Below, piece after piece: positions 16,386-26,843 of a stretch of DNA of 58,885 nt. Every line of letters begins with the position of its first letter. Position 1 is the stretch's first letter. The DNA is from an uncultured Butyricicoccus sp. (lineage in GTDB: Bacteria > Bacillota > Clostridia > Oscillospirales > Butyricicoccaceae). The position numbers and the translations under genes are program-made. The notes beneath the pieces were generated by a model. It saw only the letters and a list, made by a program, of their open reading frames with translations, was not told where the DNA came from and did no database searches. The stretch spans positions 1-58,885 of the forward strand of contig CAZEMM010000002.1 of the NCBI GenBank assembly GCA_964513445.1, given 5' to 3'.

Positions 16386-17623
16386 TTGCGCGTTGGCTGC
16401 GGCTGTTTGGCGGTGTGCTGCATATACGTGTGCGCGGGGCTGAGCTGGAACGGTTTCTCAACGCCTGTAACCAGCATCACATCGCGCTGCACAACATCAG
16501 GCGCATGGATATCGACGAGCTGCGCGCGGAGCTGTCGCTGCGCGATTATTATCGTCTTGCTGCCATAAAGCAGCGCACGCGCTGCCGCGTACACATCCTG
16601 CGCCGGTGCGGGTTCCCGTTTTGGGTCAAAAGGGCGCGCCGCCGTCCCGGCCTTTGGCTGGGCGCGCTGTGCATGCTGTTTTTGTGCTATGAGCTGTACA
16701 CCCGTATTTGGGTGATCGAGACGGATTTTCCCGTCGGTGTGGATGGCGCGGCCGTTATGCGGGAGCTGGCGCAGATGGACATCGGTATTGGCACCAAACG
16801 GGAGAATATTGACGCCAAAGCAGTTAAAGTACACATGATGACAACGCTGGATGACCTCAAATTTTTCGCGCTCAATCTGGATGGCAACGTGATGTCGGTT
16901 GAGACAGAGGCGGCAACGCCCACACCGGAGGTGGACAATGACGCAGGCGTACACGATGTGGTCGCCGTGCGCGACGGTGTAATACAAAAGCAGATTGTGC
17001 GACAGGGGACGGAGCAATATAAGGTTGGGGATGCGGTGATCGCGGGGAGTATTTTGGTGGATGCGCGTATGGAGTCCACGACCGAATGGGGCACGCCTCG
17101 CCTTGTGGACGCGAGTGCGGACATCTGGGCGGCGACGCGCTACTATGTGACGGCCAAAATGCCGCTGGAGGCGGACAAAACGTACAAAAGCGACCGCTGC
17201 AAAACACGCTATGCCATATGTTTTGGCAAAACACGGATAAATTTGTATTTTGGTAGTAGTCTAACACAGGGGAATTGTGATAGAATAATATCAATTGAAT
17301 CTGTGCGGCTCAATGACCATCTGGCGTTTCCGTTTTCGCTGTACCGTGAGTGCATCGTACCATACCGCACCGAGACCGTGCAGCATACGGCACAGCAGCA
17401 CGCAGACAGATTGCAATACGGCGCAAAGCAGTATGTTTTGCGCCAGCTGGAGCAGGGCAATGTGACATCCATGCAGGCGGACTGCTCGGAGGAGCAGGGA
17501 GCGGCCGTGCTGTCGGCAACGGTGTGGTGCTATGAGCAGATCGGGGTCGGCGTGGAGGACGGCAGGACACAGGCGGATATCGCGCCCGCGCCGGATGAGC
17601 AGGCGGAGAGCATGGAAGAATAG
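16382..17623 (+). CDS. yqfD: Sporulation protein YqfD
   Basis: ERFLNAC, GFPFW, TM segment then IWVIE, DVVAVRDGVI, YEQIG; conserved yqfC-yqfD-phoH order. Confidence 0.85.
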   Translation: MIARWLRLFGGVLHIRVRGAELERFLNACNQHHIALHNIRRMDIDELRAELSLRDYYRLAAIKQRTRCRVHILRRCGFPFWVKRARRRPGLWLGALCMLFLCYELYTRIWVIETDFPVGVDGAAVMRELAQMDIGIGTKRENIDAKAVKVHMMTTLDDLKFFALNLDGNVMSVETEAATPTPEVDNDAGVHDVVAVRDGVIQKQIVRQGTEQYKVGDAVIAGSILVDARMESTTEWGTPRLVDASADIWAATRYYVTAKMPLEADKTYKSDRCKTRYAICFGKTRINLYFGSSLTQGNCDRIISIESVRLNDHLAFPFSLYRECIVPYRTETVQHTAQQHADRLQYGAKQYVLRQLEQGNVTSMQADCSEEQGAAVLSATVWCYEQIGVGVEDGRTQADIAPAPDEQAESMEE

Positions 17624-17648
17624 GAGAAGTGCAAGGAGAGCGAATACG

Positions 17649-18653
17649 TTGGCAGAATTATGCATGCGCATCGAGGCGATCGACCTGATTATGGGCGTCT
17701 TTGGTGCATTTGATGAGAATATGAAGGCGCTGGAAAAGCAACTGGATGTCACCGTTATCAGCCGTGAAAACGAGTTAAAGGTGACAGGCGACGACGCGGA
17801 AAATGTCGAGCTTGCGATGAAGACCATTCAATCGCTGATGCAACTGGCGGAGCGCGGCGAGAGCATCGGCACGCAAACCGTACAGTATGTACTCGGTTTG
17901 GTGCGCGACGGACGGCAAAATCAGGTGTCGGAGATCGGGCGGGACGTCGTGTGTATCACAGCGAAGGGAAAGCCGATCAAGGCAAAGACGTTGGGACAGA
18001 AGCGGTATATGGACGCGATGCGCACGCACACGGTGACGATTGGCATCGGTCCGGCGGGCACAGGTAAGACGTATCTCGCGGTTGCGGCGGCGGTCGCGGC
18101 GTTTCGCGATAAGCAGGTCAGCCGTATTATTCTGACGCGTCCCGCGGTCGAGGCGGGCGAAAAGCTGGGCTTTCTGCCGGGCGATTTGCAGAGCAAGGTA
18201 GACCCCTATCTGCGTCCGCTTTACGACGGCCTGTTTGATATGATGGGCGCGGAGATATTTAATAAACTGCTCGAGCGCGGCAGCATCGAGGTCGCGCCGC
18301 TGGCGTATATGCGCGGACGCACGCTGGATGATTCGTTTATTATTTTAGATGAGGCGCAGAACACGACGCCGGAACAGATGAAGATGTTTTTGACGCGCAT
18401 CGGCTTTGGCTCCAAGGCGGTCGTGACAGGCGATATCACACAGATTGACCTGCCGGGTGACCGTGTGAGCGGTTTGAAGGAGGCCGTCAAGGTGCTGAAA
18501 AATGTGGAGGACATCGCACAGTGTGTGCTGACCGACCGCGATGTCGTGCGCCATGAGCTGGTGCAGCGCATTGTGCGCGCCTATGAAAAATATGAACAGC
18601 AGAAGGCCATGCGGGCGGCGAAGGAACCCAGGCGCCGCTCGCTGAAAAAGTGA
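17649..18653 (+). CDS. phoH: PhoH family ATPase
   Basis: GPAGTGKT, RPAVEAGEKLGFLPGDL, YMRGRTL, DEAQN, GDITQIDL. TTG start after AAGGAG. Confidence 0.95.
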   Translation: MAELCMRIEAIDLIMGVFGAFDENMKALEKQLDVTVISRENELKVTGDDAENVELAMKTIQSLMQLAERGESIGTQTVQYVLGLVRDGRQNQVSEIGRDVVCITAKGKPIKAKTLGQKRYMDAMRTHTVTIGIGPAGTGKTYLAVAAAVAAFRDKQVSRIILTRPAVEAGEKLGFLPGDLQSKVDPYLRPLYDGLFDMMGAEIFNKLLERGSIEVAPLAYMRGRTLDDSFIILDEAQNTTPEQMKMFLTRIGFGSKAVVTGDITQIDLPGDRVSGLKEAVKVLKNVEDIAQCVLTDRDVVRHELVQRIVRAYEKYEQQKAMRAAKEPRRRSLKK

Positions 18654-18665
18654 GGAGGGCACGGC

Positions 18666-19169
18666 ATGGAGCATCGAATCCGCATCACATATGAGGTGAC
18701 GGTGGAGCAGGCGCAGCAGGTGGAGCAGCTGATTACGCGCTGTGCGCAGGCTGCGCTGGAGGCGGAGGGCGCGCCGGCAGGCTGCTTTGTAGACGTCACG
18801 ATCGTGGACAGCGAAACCATCCGGGAGCTGAACCGCGAAAACCGCGGCAAGGATGACGTGACGGACGTGCTGTCCTTCCCGATGCTGGAGTTTTATAACG
18901 GCGAGTGGCCGGAGGACGTGGATGAGGAGCGCAGCCCGAAGGACGGTACGCTTTTTTTGGGCGACATGGTATTAAACTATGACCGCGCGGTACAGCAGGC
19001 GGCGGAATATGGACACAGCGTTCAGCGCGAGTGCGGCTTTTTGACCGTGCACTCCATGCTGCATCTGCTGGGCTATGACCATGAACGCAGCGAAGCGGAG
19101 CGGCAGCTGCAGCGGCAGCATGAGGAGGCGGTGCTGTCCGGTCTCGCGCTGCTGCGCGAAAGCGATTGA
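18666..19169 (+). CDS. ybeY: rRNA maturation endoribonuclease YbeY
   Basis: TDVLSFP and HSMLHLLGYDH motifs. Confidence 0.95.
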   Translation: MEHRIRITYEVTVEQAQQVEQLITRCAQAALEAEGAPAGCFVDVTIVDSETIRELNRENRGKDDVTDVLSFPMLEFYNGEWPEDVDEERSPKDGTLFLGDMVLNYDRAVQQAAEYGHSVQRECGFLTVHSMLHLLGYDHERSEAERQLQRQHEEAVLSGLALLRESD

Positions 19170-19197
19170 AAACGTAAAATAATAGAGGAGAAACCGA

Positions 19198-20091
19198 ATG
19201 AGTGTGACAAAAAGTGCGATTATTTCCATTGTGGGCAGGCCGAATGTCGGCAAATCGACGCTGCTCAATCAGCTGGTGGGAACCAAGATCGCCATTGTAT
19301 CCAATAAGCCGCAGACGACGCGCACGCGTATCACCGGTGTGGTGACGCGCGGCAGCTGTCAGTTTGTCTTTCAGGACACGCCCGGCCTGCACAAGCCGCG
19401 TTCCCGTCTGGGCGATTATATGGTGAAGGTTGTCAATGATACGGTGACGGATGTGGATATAGCCGCGCTGGTGGTCGACCCGACGCCGCGCATCGGCCCG
19501 GCGGAGCAGGAGCTGATCGCGCGCATGAAGCAATACAGCATGCCGTCCGTACTCATCATTAATAAAATTGACACGGTCAAGCATGAGGATCTGCTGGCGG
19601 TTATCGCGGCCTATTCCGAGGCGCATACCTGGGATGCCGTCGTGCCGGTGTGTGCGAAATCCGGCGAAAACTGCGAAATTTTATTTGATGAATTTGAAAA
19701 ATTCGCCATTGAAGGTCCGCAGCTGTTTCCGGACGATATGCTTTGCGATCAGCCGGAGCGCCAGCTTGTGGCGGAGATCGTGCGCGAGAAAATGCTCGGG
19801 CTGCTTGAGCGCGAGGTGCCGCATGGCACGGCGGTCGCGGTGGAGCGCATGCACGAGCGTGAGGACGGGCTGGTCGAGATCAGCGCGACGATCTATTGTG
19901 AAAAGAAGAGCCATAAGGGCATCATCATCGGCAAAAAGGGCGCGATGCTGAGGCAGATTGGCGCACAGGCGCGTGTGGATATCGAACAGCTGCTGGATAC
20001 GCACGTCTTTTTGGAGCTGTGGGTTAAGGTCAAGGAGGACTGGCGCAACAGCCAGTATCAGATGCGCAACTTTGGCTACGAAAATGAGTAA
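19198..20091 (+). CDS. era: GTPase Era
   Basis: GRPNVGKS, PQTTR, DTPG, NKID, KH domain GIIIGKKG. Confidence 0.97.
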   Translation: MSVTKSAIISIVGRPNVGKSTLLNQLVGTKIAIVSNKPQTTRTRITGVVTRGSCQFVFQDTPGLHKPRSRLGDYMVKVVNDTVTDVDIAALVVDPTPRIGPAEQELIARMKQYSMPSVLIINKIDTVKHEDLLAVIAAYSEAHTWDAVVPVCAKSGENCEILFDEFEKFAIEGPQLFPDDMLCDQPERQLVAEIVREKMLGLLEREVPHGTAVAVERMHEREDGLVEISATIYCEKKSHKGIIIGKKGAMLRQIGAQARVDIEQLLDTHVFLELWVKVKEDWRNSQYQMRNFGYENE

Positions 20092-20112
20092 GAGACAGAG
20101 AGGACGACAGGC

Positions 20113-20868
20113 ATGACGCATGTCACGGTGAAGGGACTGGTCATCCGTGAGACAGATTTCGGTGAGGCAGACCGCTACATCACGGTGCTGACCGCTGAGC
20201 TGGGGAAAATTGAAGTGCTTTGCCGCGGCATACGGCGCAAAAGGGGACGGCTTGCCAATGCGGTTAGCCTGTTCTGCTACAGCGAATTTACGCTCTATTC
20301 CGGCAGGCGGTATACGCTTGACGATGCCGAGCCGGACATGCAATTTTGGGGCATTACGTCCGATATTGAACAGTATGCGCTGTGCTGCTATTTTGCCGAG
20401 CTTGCCGGTATGGCTGCGGAGGCGGATGATGCGACGCCGGAGCTGCTGCCCATGCTGCTGCGCGCGCTATACGCGCTCGATCGGCAAAAGCGTCCAGTGC
20501 AGGTGGTCAAGGCCGCCTTCGAGCTGCGCTTGGCAGCGGAGCTTGGCTACACACCCGATCTGACTGGATGCGCGGTGTGCGGACAGGCGGAGAGTGAAAG
20601 CTGGTCGTTTTTGCTGGAAAACGGCGCCCTCGTGTGCAGCGACTGCCGCCCGCGCGTCGGCGGTACCTATTTTGATATGCCAAAGGGTGTGCTGGATGCC
20701 ATGCGGTACATCCTGCTGTGCGACGGCAAACGGCTGTATGCATTTTCCGTTGGCGGCGAGACGATGCGGCAGCTGGGCACGATCTGTGAGCGATATCTGC
20801 TGTATCATCTGGACGCGCGCTGTGCGACGTTGGATTTTTATCATTCTCTCTTTCAAATGGAGCAATAG
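20113..20868 (+). CDS. recO: DNA repair protein RecO
   Basis: GEADRYITVLT N-terminal OB fold, CAVC...CSDC Zn finger; follows era. Confidence 0.92.
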   Translation: MTHVTVKGLVIRETDFGEADRYITVLTAELGKIEVLCRGIRRKRGRLANAVSLFCYSEFTLYSGRRYTLDDAEPDMQFWGITSDIEQYALCCYFAELAGMAAEADDATPELLPMLLRALYALDRQKRPVQVVKAAFELRLAAELGYTPDLTGCAVCGQAESESWSFLLENGALVCSDCRPRVGGTYFDMPKGVLDAMRYILLCDGKRLYAFSVGGETMRQLGTICERYLLYHLDARCATLDFYHSLFQMEQ

Positions 20869-20874
20869 CAACGT

Positions 20875-23268
20875 ATGAGTAAATTATCCGAAAAAAGTCT
20901 GAAGACATTAGAATACTATACCATTTTGCAACAGCTGGCAGAGCATTGCGTCAGCGGACGGGCAAAACAGCAGGCAAAGGAGCTGCGTCCGCTGCACGAC
21001 GTGGAGGAGGTTTGTGAGCTGCTGCGGCAGACGGACGACGCCAAGCATCTGATGACGGCGGGCGGCGCGCCCGGCTTTGGCGGTGTGCGCGATGTGTCGG
21101 CGGCACTCAGCCGCGCCAATATGGGCGGCGTGCTGTCCACGCGCGAGCTGCTGTACATCGCGTCGCTGCTGCACACGGCAAATCAGGTGCGCAAATACGG
21201 CGCGGAGCAGATGGAGAAAGGCGAGCACACGACGCTGGATGTGTATTTTTCACGCATTAGCAGCAACCGTTATCTTGAGGAGCGTATTACCCGTGCCATC
21301 ATCAGTGAAGAGGAGATCGCGGATGCAGCATCCTCCGAGCTTGCCAATCTGCGCCGGCAGATGCGGGCGCAAAACGTGCGCGTGCGCGAGACGCTGAATC
21401 ATATCGTCTCCTCACCGACATATTCCAAGTATTTGCAGGAGAGCTTGGTGACGCAGCGCGACGGACGGTTTGTCATTCCGGTCAAGAGTGAGCACCGCGG
21501 CGATATCCCGGGTATGGTGCACGATGTCTCGTCCTCCGGCGCGACGCTGTTTATCGAGCCGTCGCAGGTGGTGGATGCAAACAACCAGCTTAAAATTTTG
21601 CAGGGCAAGGAAAAGGCAGAGATCGAGCGCATCCTTGCCGAGCTGACGGCGGAGGTTGCGGACTGCGGCGACGCGATCGCGGCGGATTATGACGTGCTGT
21701 GCAAGCTGGACTTTATCTTTGCAAAGGCGCGCTTTTCGTTTGCACTTAACGCTTGCGCACCCCAAATCAACAAAAAAACGCAGGTGAAGCTGCTGCGTGC
21801 GCGCCATCCGCTGCTTGACCAGAAAACAGCGGTGGCCATTGACATTGCGCTCGGCGCGGACTACGATACGCTGGTCATCACCGGCCCGAATACCGGCGGC
21901 AAGACGGTCAGTCTCAAAACGCTCGGCCTTTTGAGCTTGATGGCGGCCTCCGGCCTGCACATTCCGGCCAATGAGGAGAGCGAGGTCTGCCTGTTTGAGA
22001 ACATCTATGCGGATATCGGAGACGAGCAGAGCATCGAACAGTCGCTGTCCACGTTTTCGGCGCATATGAAGAACATTGTCGCGATTATGGACAAATGCGG
22101 CCCGGCTGATCTCATTCTGTTTGACGAGCTGGGTGCGGGCACAGACCCGGAGGAGGGCGCGATGCTGGCAGTGTCTATCATCGAATATGCCCGTCAGATG
22201 GGTTCGCTGGTTGCCGCGACGACACATTATTCCGAACTAAAAGTGTTTGCGCTGACAACGGACGGCGTGGAAAATGCGTCGTGTGAATTTGACGTCAAGA
22301 CGCTGCGCCCGACCTATCGGCTGATGACCGGCGTGCCGGGGAAGTCCAACGCGTTTGCCATCTCCAAGCGACTGGGCCTGCCGCCTGTTATCATTGCGCG
22401 CGCGAAGGAGAAAATTTCAGCGGAGAGCGTGCGGTTTGAGGATGTGCTCGACCGGCTGGAGCGCGAGCGGCATCAGCTGCAAAAGCAGCGCGAGGATGCT
22501 GATCGGCTGCGCCGCACCGCACAGTCGGAAAAGGACAAGGCTGTGACGCTCAAGGGACGCGCGGAGGATGAAACCGACGCGATTTTGGAAAAGGCGCGCG
22601 ATCAGGCGCAGCGCATTCTGCGGGAGGCGCGCATGGCGTCGGAGACGGTGTTTGCCCAGCTGGACGACATGAAAAAGCAGGCAAGCGCCAACGCGGCCGA
22701 TCAGAATCTTGCGGCGGCGCGCGCCGCGCTGCGCAGTACGCTTAGCAAAGCGGAGAAAAATGTGTCCAAACGTGAAAAGAAAACAGTCGAGCCGGAGAGC
22801 ATCCGTCCGCTCAAGGTGGGCGATACGGTTCACCTCATCAATGTCGGCGTAGACGGCACGGTGCTGGGGACGGAAAACAAGGACGGTATGGTATACGTGC
22901 AGGCGGGCATTATGAAGGTACACGTGCCGCTCAACGAGCTGCGGCCGGTGGAAAAGAAGAAGCCGTCCAAGCAAAAGACCATAGCACGCGCGTCCGGCGG
23001 TATGCGCGAGGTGCGCCGCGCTGCGGCAAAATCGGAGCTGGATGTGCGCGGCATGACGGTGGATGAGGCGCTGATGGAGCTGGATCAGTTTATTTCCGAT
23101 TGCCTGATGGCGCATTTGGACGTGGTCACGATCATCCACGGCAAGGGTACGGGCGCGCTGCGCACTGCGATCCAGCAGGAGCTGAAGCGCAAAAAACAGG
23201 TAAAATCCATGCGCACCGGCCGCTATGGAGAAGGCGATACGGGCGTGACGATCGTGGAGTTTAAATAA
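20875..23268 (+). CDS. mutS2: MutS2 endonuclease / ribosome collision factor
   Basis: ITGPNTGGKT, DIGDEQSIEQSLSTFS, DELGAGTDP, coiled coil, Smr domain IIHGKGTG. Confidence 0.96.
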   Translation: MSKLSEKSLKTLEYYTILQQLAEHCVSGRAKQQAKELRPLHDVEEVCELLRQTDDAKHLMTAGGAPGFGGVRDVSAALSRANMGGVLSTRELLYIASLLHTANQVRKYGAEQMEKGEHTTLDVYFSRISSNRYLEERITRAIISEEEIADAASSELANLRRQMRAQNVRVRETLNHIVSSPTYSKYLQESLVTQRDGRFVIPVKSEHRGDIPGMVHDVSSSGATLFIEPSQVVDANNQLKILQGKEKAEIERILAELTAEVADCGDAIAADYDVLCKLDFIFAKARFSFALNACAPQINKKTQVKLLRARHPLLDQKTAVAIDIALGADYDTLVITGPNTGGKTVSLKTLGLLSLMAASGLHIPANEESEVCLFENIYADIGDEQSIEQSLSTFSAHMKNIVAIMDKCGPADLILFDELGAGTDPEEGAMLAVSIIEYARQMGSLVAATTHYSELKVFALTTDGVENASCEFDVKTLRPTYRLMTGVPGKSNAFAISKRLGLPPVIIARAKEKISAESVRFEDVLDRLERERHQLQKQREDADRLRRTAQSEKDKAVTLKGRAEDETDAILEKARDQAQRILREARMASETVFAQLDDMKKQASANAADQNLAAARAALRSTLSKAEKNVSKREKKTVEPESIRPLKVGDTVHLINVGVDGTVLGTENKDGMVYVQAGIMKVHVPLNELRPVEKKKPSKQKTIARASGGMREVRRAAAKSELDVRGMTVDEALMELDQFISDCLMAHLDVVTIIHGKGTGALRTAIQQELKRKKQVKSMRTGRYGEGDTGVTIVEFK

Positions 23269-23410
23269 AAAAGATTGCGCTTCACGCAAATGCATAATTA
23301 TTGCATAAAACGCACAGTTTTTCCGAGAAAACTGTCCGGAAATTTCACCTGATGTTATAAGAATCAACAAAAACCGGCAGGAAAGCGCTTGGTTTTGGTG
23401 CAAAAGCATA

Positions 23411-23439
23411 TTGACGAAATGAAAAAAAACAGGTATGCT
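23411..23439 (+). promoter_or_regulatory. Sigma-A promoter of the HPr-like gene
   Basis: TTGACG, 17 bp, TATGCT. A LacI/CcpA-type core AAGCGCTT lies upstream at 23383-23390. Confidence 0.55.
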
Positions 23440-23536
23440 ATAAATAATCTTTGGTTCAGAAGGAATCGCGACAGATTATGTGTTGTTTTCGCGAAGAGGA
23501 ACGTCTTAATTTTTGTTTAATAGGAGCGATGTTGAA

Positions 23537-23815
23537 ATGTTTTCACAGGAAGTTCAGGTAACTAACCAGGTTGGACTGTATGCACGTCCGGCTACATTCT
23601 TTATCCAGTGTGCGAACGGCTTTAAGAGCACCATTTTGGTCGAGAAGGAAGAGCGCAGAGTCAATGCAAAGAGCCTGCTCGGCATCCTGTCCCTCGGCAT
23701 CACAAAGGGCACCACAATTACGCTGATTGCTGATGGTGTAGATGAGGTTGAGGCAGTCAACGCATTGACCGACCTGATTCAGTCTAATTTCAGCGATTCG
23801 AACTTCAGCGACTGA
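23537..23815 (+). CDS. HPr-family phosphocarrier-like protein with Tyr at position 15 (Crh-like)
   Basis: GLYARPA in place of GLHARPA; VNAKSLLG retains Ser46; AGGAG RBS. Confidence 0.9.
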   Translation: MFSQEVQVTNQVGLYARPATFFIQCANGFKSTILVEKEERRVNAKSLLGILSLGITKGTTITLIADGVDEVEAVNALTDLIQSNFSDSNFSD

Positions 23816-23833
23816 TTTCAAACCAACGCATGC

Positions 23834-23866
23834 AAGAGCGCCGCAGGAACGTTGCGGCGCTCTTTT
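23834..23866 (+). terminator. Intrinsic terminator
   Basis: AAGAGCGCCGCA-7-TGCGGCGCTCTT then TT. Confidence 0.75.
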
Positions 23867-23887
23867 CTATAAGGAGTGTGATGTGTT

Positions 23888-25723
23888 TTGGCAAGCCGTG
23901 CGGAGCTGCACGACAAGGTGCTGACCTTGCCGAAGGAGCCAGGCGTCTATATCATGAAAAACCGGCAGGGACAGGTTATCTATGTCGGCAAGGCAAAGGC
24001 GCTGAAAAACCGCGTCTCGCAATATTTTCAAAATGAGGCGCGTCACACGCCGAAAACCCGCAAAATGGTGCAGAGTATCTTTGATTTTGATATCATCGTG
24101 TGCGCAAGTGAATTTGAAGCGCTTGTGCTGGAAAACGCAATGATAAAAAAATATAAGCCCAAATACAACATCCTGCTAAAGGACGACAAGGGCTATCCGT
24201 TCATCCGTGTGACCACCAGCCAGCCCTATCCGGAGCTGACCATCGTCGGACGACCGGGACGGGACGCAGAGCGGTATCTCGGCCCGTATGCAGGGCGCGG
24301 CGCGGCGGCGCAGGCGATTGACACGGTCAGCCGCGCACTCGGCTTGCGCACCTGCCGCAGAGTGTTGCCGCGCGATATCGGGAAGACGCGTCCCTGTCTC
24401 AACGCGCAGCTGGGACGTTGCTGCGCGCCCTGCACCGGAAGGGTCACGCAGGAGGACTATGCACAGCGCATTGCGCAGGCAATCGACGTGCTGGAGGGGA
24501 ATTATAAGCAGCTTGCCGAAAAGCTGGAGCGCGAAATGCTTGCGGCGGCGGAGGAGGAACGATTTGAACAGGCGGCGCAGCTGCGCGACCGCATGCGTGC
24601 TATCACGCGGGCCGGTGAGCGGCAGATGGTGGTATCAAGCGGTTTTTCTGATATGGATATCTTTGCGTTTGTACAGGGTGAGACAAAGGCGTGTCTGGTT
24701 GTGTTGCACTATCTGGCGGGCGATTTTTACGACAAGGAATATACCATGCTAGACGGTCTGTCTGCGGAGGATGGCGCGGAGACACTCAGCAGCTATATCA
24801 AACAGTATTATGCCATGCGTGGCGTGGTGCCGCCGCTTGTGCTGCTGTCGGAGGAGATTGAGGACATGCAGACGGTTGCGGCCTATTTGACCAGCGTCGC
24901 AGGCAGGAAGGTGACGCTGACCGTGCCGCAGCGTGGTCGCCGGCGGGAGCTGATGCTGCTGGCGAAGAAAAATGCCGAGGAGGAAATCGCACGCAGCGAG
25001 ACCGGTGAGCAGCGGCGGCGCAAATCACTCGAGCTGTTTGGCAGCATGATGGGACTGGATGAGACGCCGACCAGCTTTGAGGCGTACGATATCTCCAACC
25101 TGAACGGCACAAATACCGTCGGCTCGATGATTGTGTTTGAAAACGGACAGCCCAAGCGCAGCCGGTACCGCCGTTTCCGCATTGAATCGGTGACAAACGG
25201 GCAGGATGATTATAAGGCGATGGAGGAGATGCTGACACGGCGCATGCAGCGCTGGAAGGACGGCGATGCGAAATTTGCCGAGCTGCCCAGTGTCTTTCTC
25301 ATTGACGGAGGTCTGGGACATGTCCGCATCGCCAAAAAGGTGCTGGATGAATTCGGCTGTACACGGCCGGTGTTCGGCATGGTGAAAAACGACCGTCACC
25401 GCACGCGCGGTCTGGTCGCGCCGGACGGCCGCGAGTTTGGCATTTCTGCAACGCCTGCGCTGTATGGCATGATCGGACGCATGCAGGAGGAGGTGCACCG
25501 TTTTGCCATCACCTATCAGCGCAGCCTGCGTGGCAAACAAACCGTGCGCTCACAGCTGGACGACATACCGGGCGTTGGAGAAAAGAGACGCGCCGCGCTG
25601 CTTAAGACGTTCAAAAGCGTCAAGCGCATTCGCGGTCTGACAGTCGAGCAGCTGGAGACCGCTGTGCCGCATGCGGTTGCGCTGGCGGTGTACGCATATT
25701 TTCACGAGGAGGACGAGCGATGA
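23888..25723 (+). CDS. uvrC: Excinuclease ABC subunit C
   Basis: GIY-YIG (PGVYIM, YVGKAK, PKYNILLKDDK), UVR domain, YDISN, IDGG, HhH IPGVG. Confidence 0.96.
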   Translation: MASRAELHDKVLTLPKEPGVYIMKNRQGQVIYVGKAKALKNRVSQYFQNEARHTPKTRKMVQSIFDFDIIVCASEFEALVLENAMIKKYKPKYNILLKDDKGYPFIRVTTSQPYPELTIVGRPGRDAERYLGPYAGRGAAAQAIDTVSRALGLRTCRRVLPRDIGKTRPCLNAQLGRCCAPCTGRVTQEDYAQRIAQAIDVLEGNYKQLAEKLEREMLAAAEEERFEQAAQLRDRMRAITRAGERQMVVSSGFSDMDIFAFVQGETKACLVVLHYLAGDFYDKEYTMLDGLSAEDGAETLSSYIKQYYAMRGVVPPLVLLSEEIEDMQTVAAYLTSVAGRKVTLTVPQRGRRRELMLLAKKNAEEEIARSETGEQRRRKSLELFGSMMGLDETPTSFEAYDISNLNGTNTVGSMIVFENGQPKRSRYRRFRIESVTNGQDDYKAMEEMLTRRMQRWKDGDAKFAELPSVFLIDGGLGHVRIAKKVLDEFGCTRPVFGMVKNDRHRTRGLVAPDGREFGISATPALYGMIGRMQEEVHRFAITYQRSLRGKQTVRSQLDDIPGVGEKRRAALLKTFKSVKRIRGLTVEQLETAVPHAVALAVYAYFHEEDER

Positions 25724-26277
25724 GAGTCATCAGCGGAAATGCGCGCGGCAAGCGGCTGGAGGCGGTGCCCGGGATGGACACCCGTCCAACAACAGACCGC
25801 GTCAAGGAGTCGGTGTTCAATATTTTGCAGTTTCGCGTGATTGGCGCATCGATGCTGGATCTGTTTGCGGGCACCGGACAGATGGGTATTGAGGCACTCA
25901 GCCGCGGGGCGGCTCGGGCGGTGTTTGTCGACCAGTCGCCGCGGGCGATGCACGTGATACAGAAGAATATCGCTGCGGCGCATATGCAGGCACGCGCGGA
26001 AACCATACAGGCGGATTTTGTCCGCGCATTGGAACAGCTGCGCGGACAGATGTTCGACATTTTGTTTCTTGATCCGCCATATGGAGGAAAAACATTAAAT
26101 TTCGCGTTAAAATACGTAGAATTATTTGACATTCTGTCGCTGGATGGTATAATATTATGTGAAAGTTCCGTAGATGATATTATTGTCTGTCCAGACAGCT
26201 TTTCGGTAAAAAAGATCTATCGCTACGGAACCATATGCCTGACGGCGATGGGACGGCGGAGGGCGGAGACTGATTGA
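25720..26277 (+). CDS. rsmD: 16S rRNA m2G966 methyltransferase RsmD
   Basis: MRVISG, TRPTTDRVKES, LDLFAGTG, DPPY. Confidence 0.95.
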   Translation: MRVISGNARGKRLEAVPGMDTRPTTDRVKESVFNILQFRVIGASMLDLFAGTGQMGIEALSRGAARAVFVDQSPRAMHVIQKNIAAAHMQARAETIQADFVRALEQLRGQMFDILFLDPPYGGKTLNFALKYVELFDILSLDGIILCESSVDDIIVCPDSFSVKKIYRYGTICLTAMGRRRAETD

Positions 26278-26312
26278 GGCTCGCCTGACAGCGAAGCCGG
26301 AAAGGCTACAAC

Positions 26313-26843
26313 ATGAGAATTGGAGTATATCCGGGCAGCTTTGATCCCCCGACGCTGGGACATTTGGACATCATTCGCCGCGCCTCGCGGCTGTTTGATA
26401 AGCTGATTGTTGCCGCGATGGTGAACGGCTCAAAGCAGTCAACGTTTTCCATGACGGAAAAGACCGACATGCTTGTACGCATGACGACAGATTTGCCGAA
26501 TGTCGTGATTGACAGCTTTAGCGGACTGCTTGCGGATTATATAGAAGAACAGGGCGCGTGCGCGATCGTAAAGGGTCTGCGCGCCGTATCGGATTTTGAA
26601 TATGAGTTTCAGATGGCGCTGGCCAACAGGAAGCTTAATCCCAATCTGGACACGGTTTTTTTGATGACAGAACAGCGGTATCTGTTTCTCAGCTCGACCA
26701 TCGTGCGAGATATTGCGCGTCATGGCGGCGATATATCCGGTTTTGTCCCGGAGGAGATCTGTACAGATATTATGAATAAATTAGATCAGACCAAACAGCT
26801 GGCAACGGCTGGAGACGAAACGGAGGCAAAGGAACGGACATGA
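26313..26843 (+). CDS. coaD: Phosphopantetheine adenylyltransferase
   Basis: YPGSFDPPTLGH, GLRAVSDFEYE, LSSTIVR. Confidence 0.97.
   Translation: MRIGVYPGSFDPPTLGHLDIIRRASRLFDKLIVAAMVNGSKQSTFSMTEKTDMLVRMTTDLPNVVIDSFSGLLADYIEEQGACAIVKGLRAVSDFEYEFQMALANRKLNPNLDTVFLMTEQRYLFLSSTIVRDIARHGGDISGFVPEEICTDIMNKLDQTKQLATAGDETEAKERT

Noticed and set aside
23783-23812. Short tandem duplication SNFSD-SNFSD at the HPr-like C-terminus
   Set aside because: A 15-bp local duplication outside the folded domain; no evidence of function.
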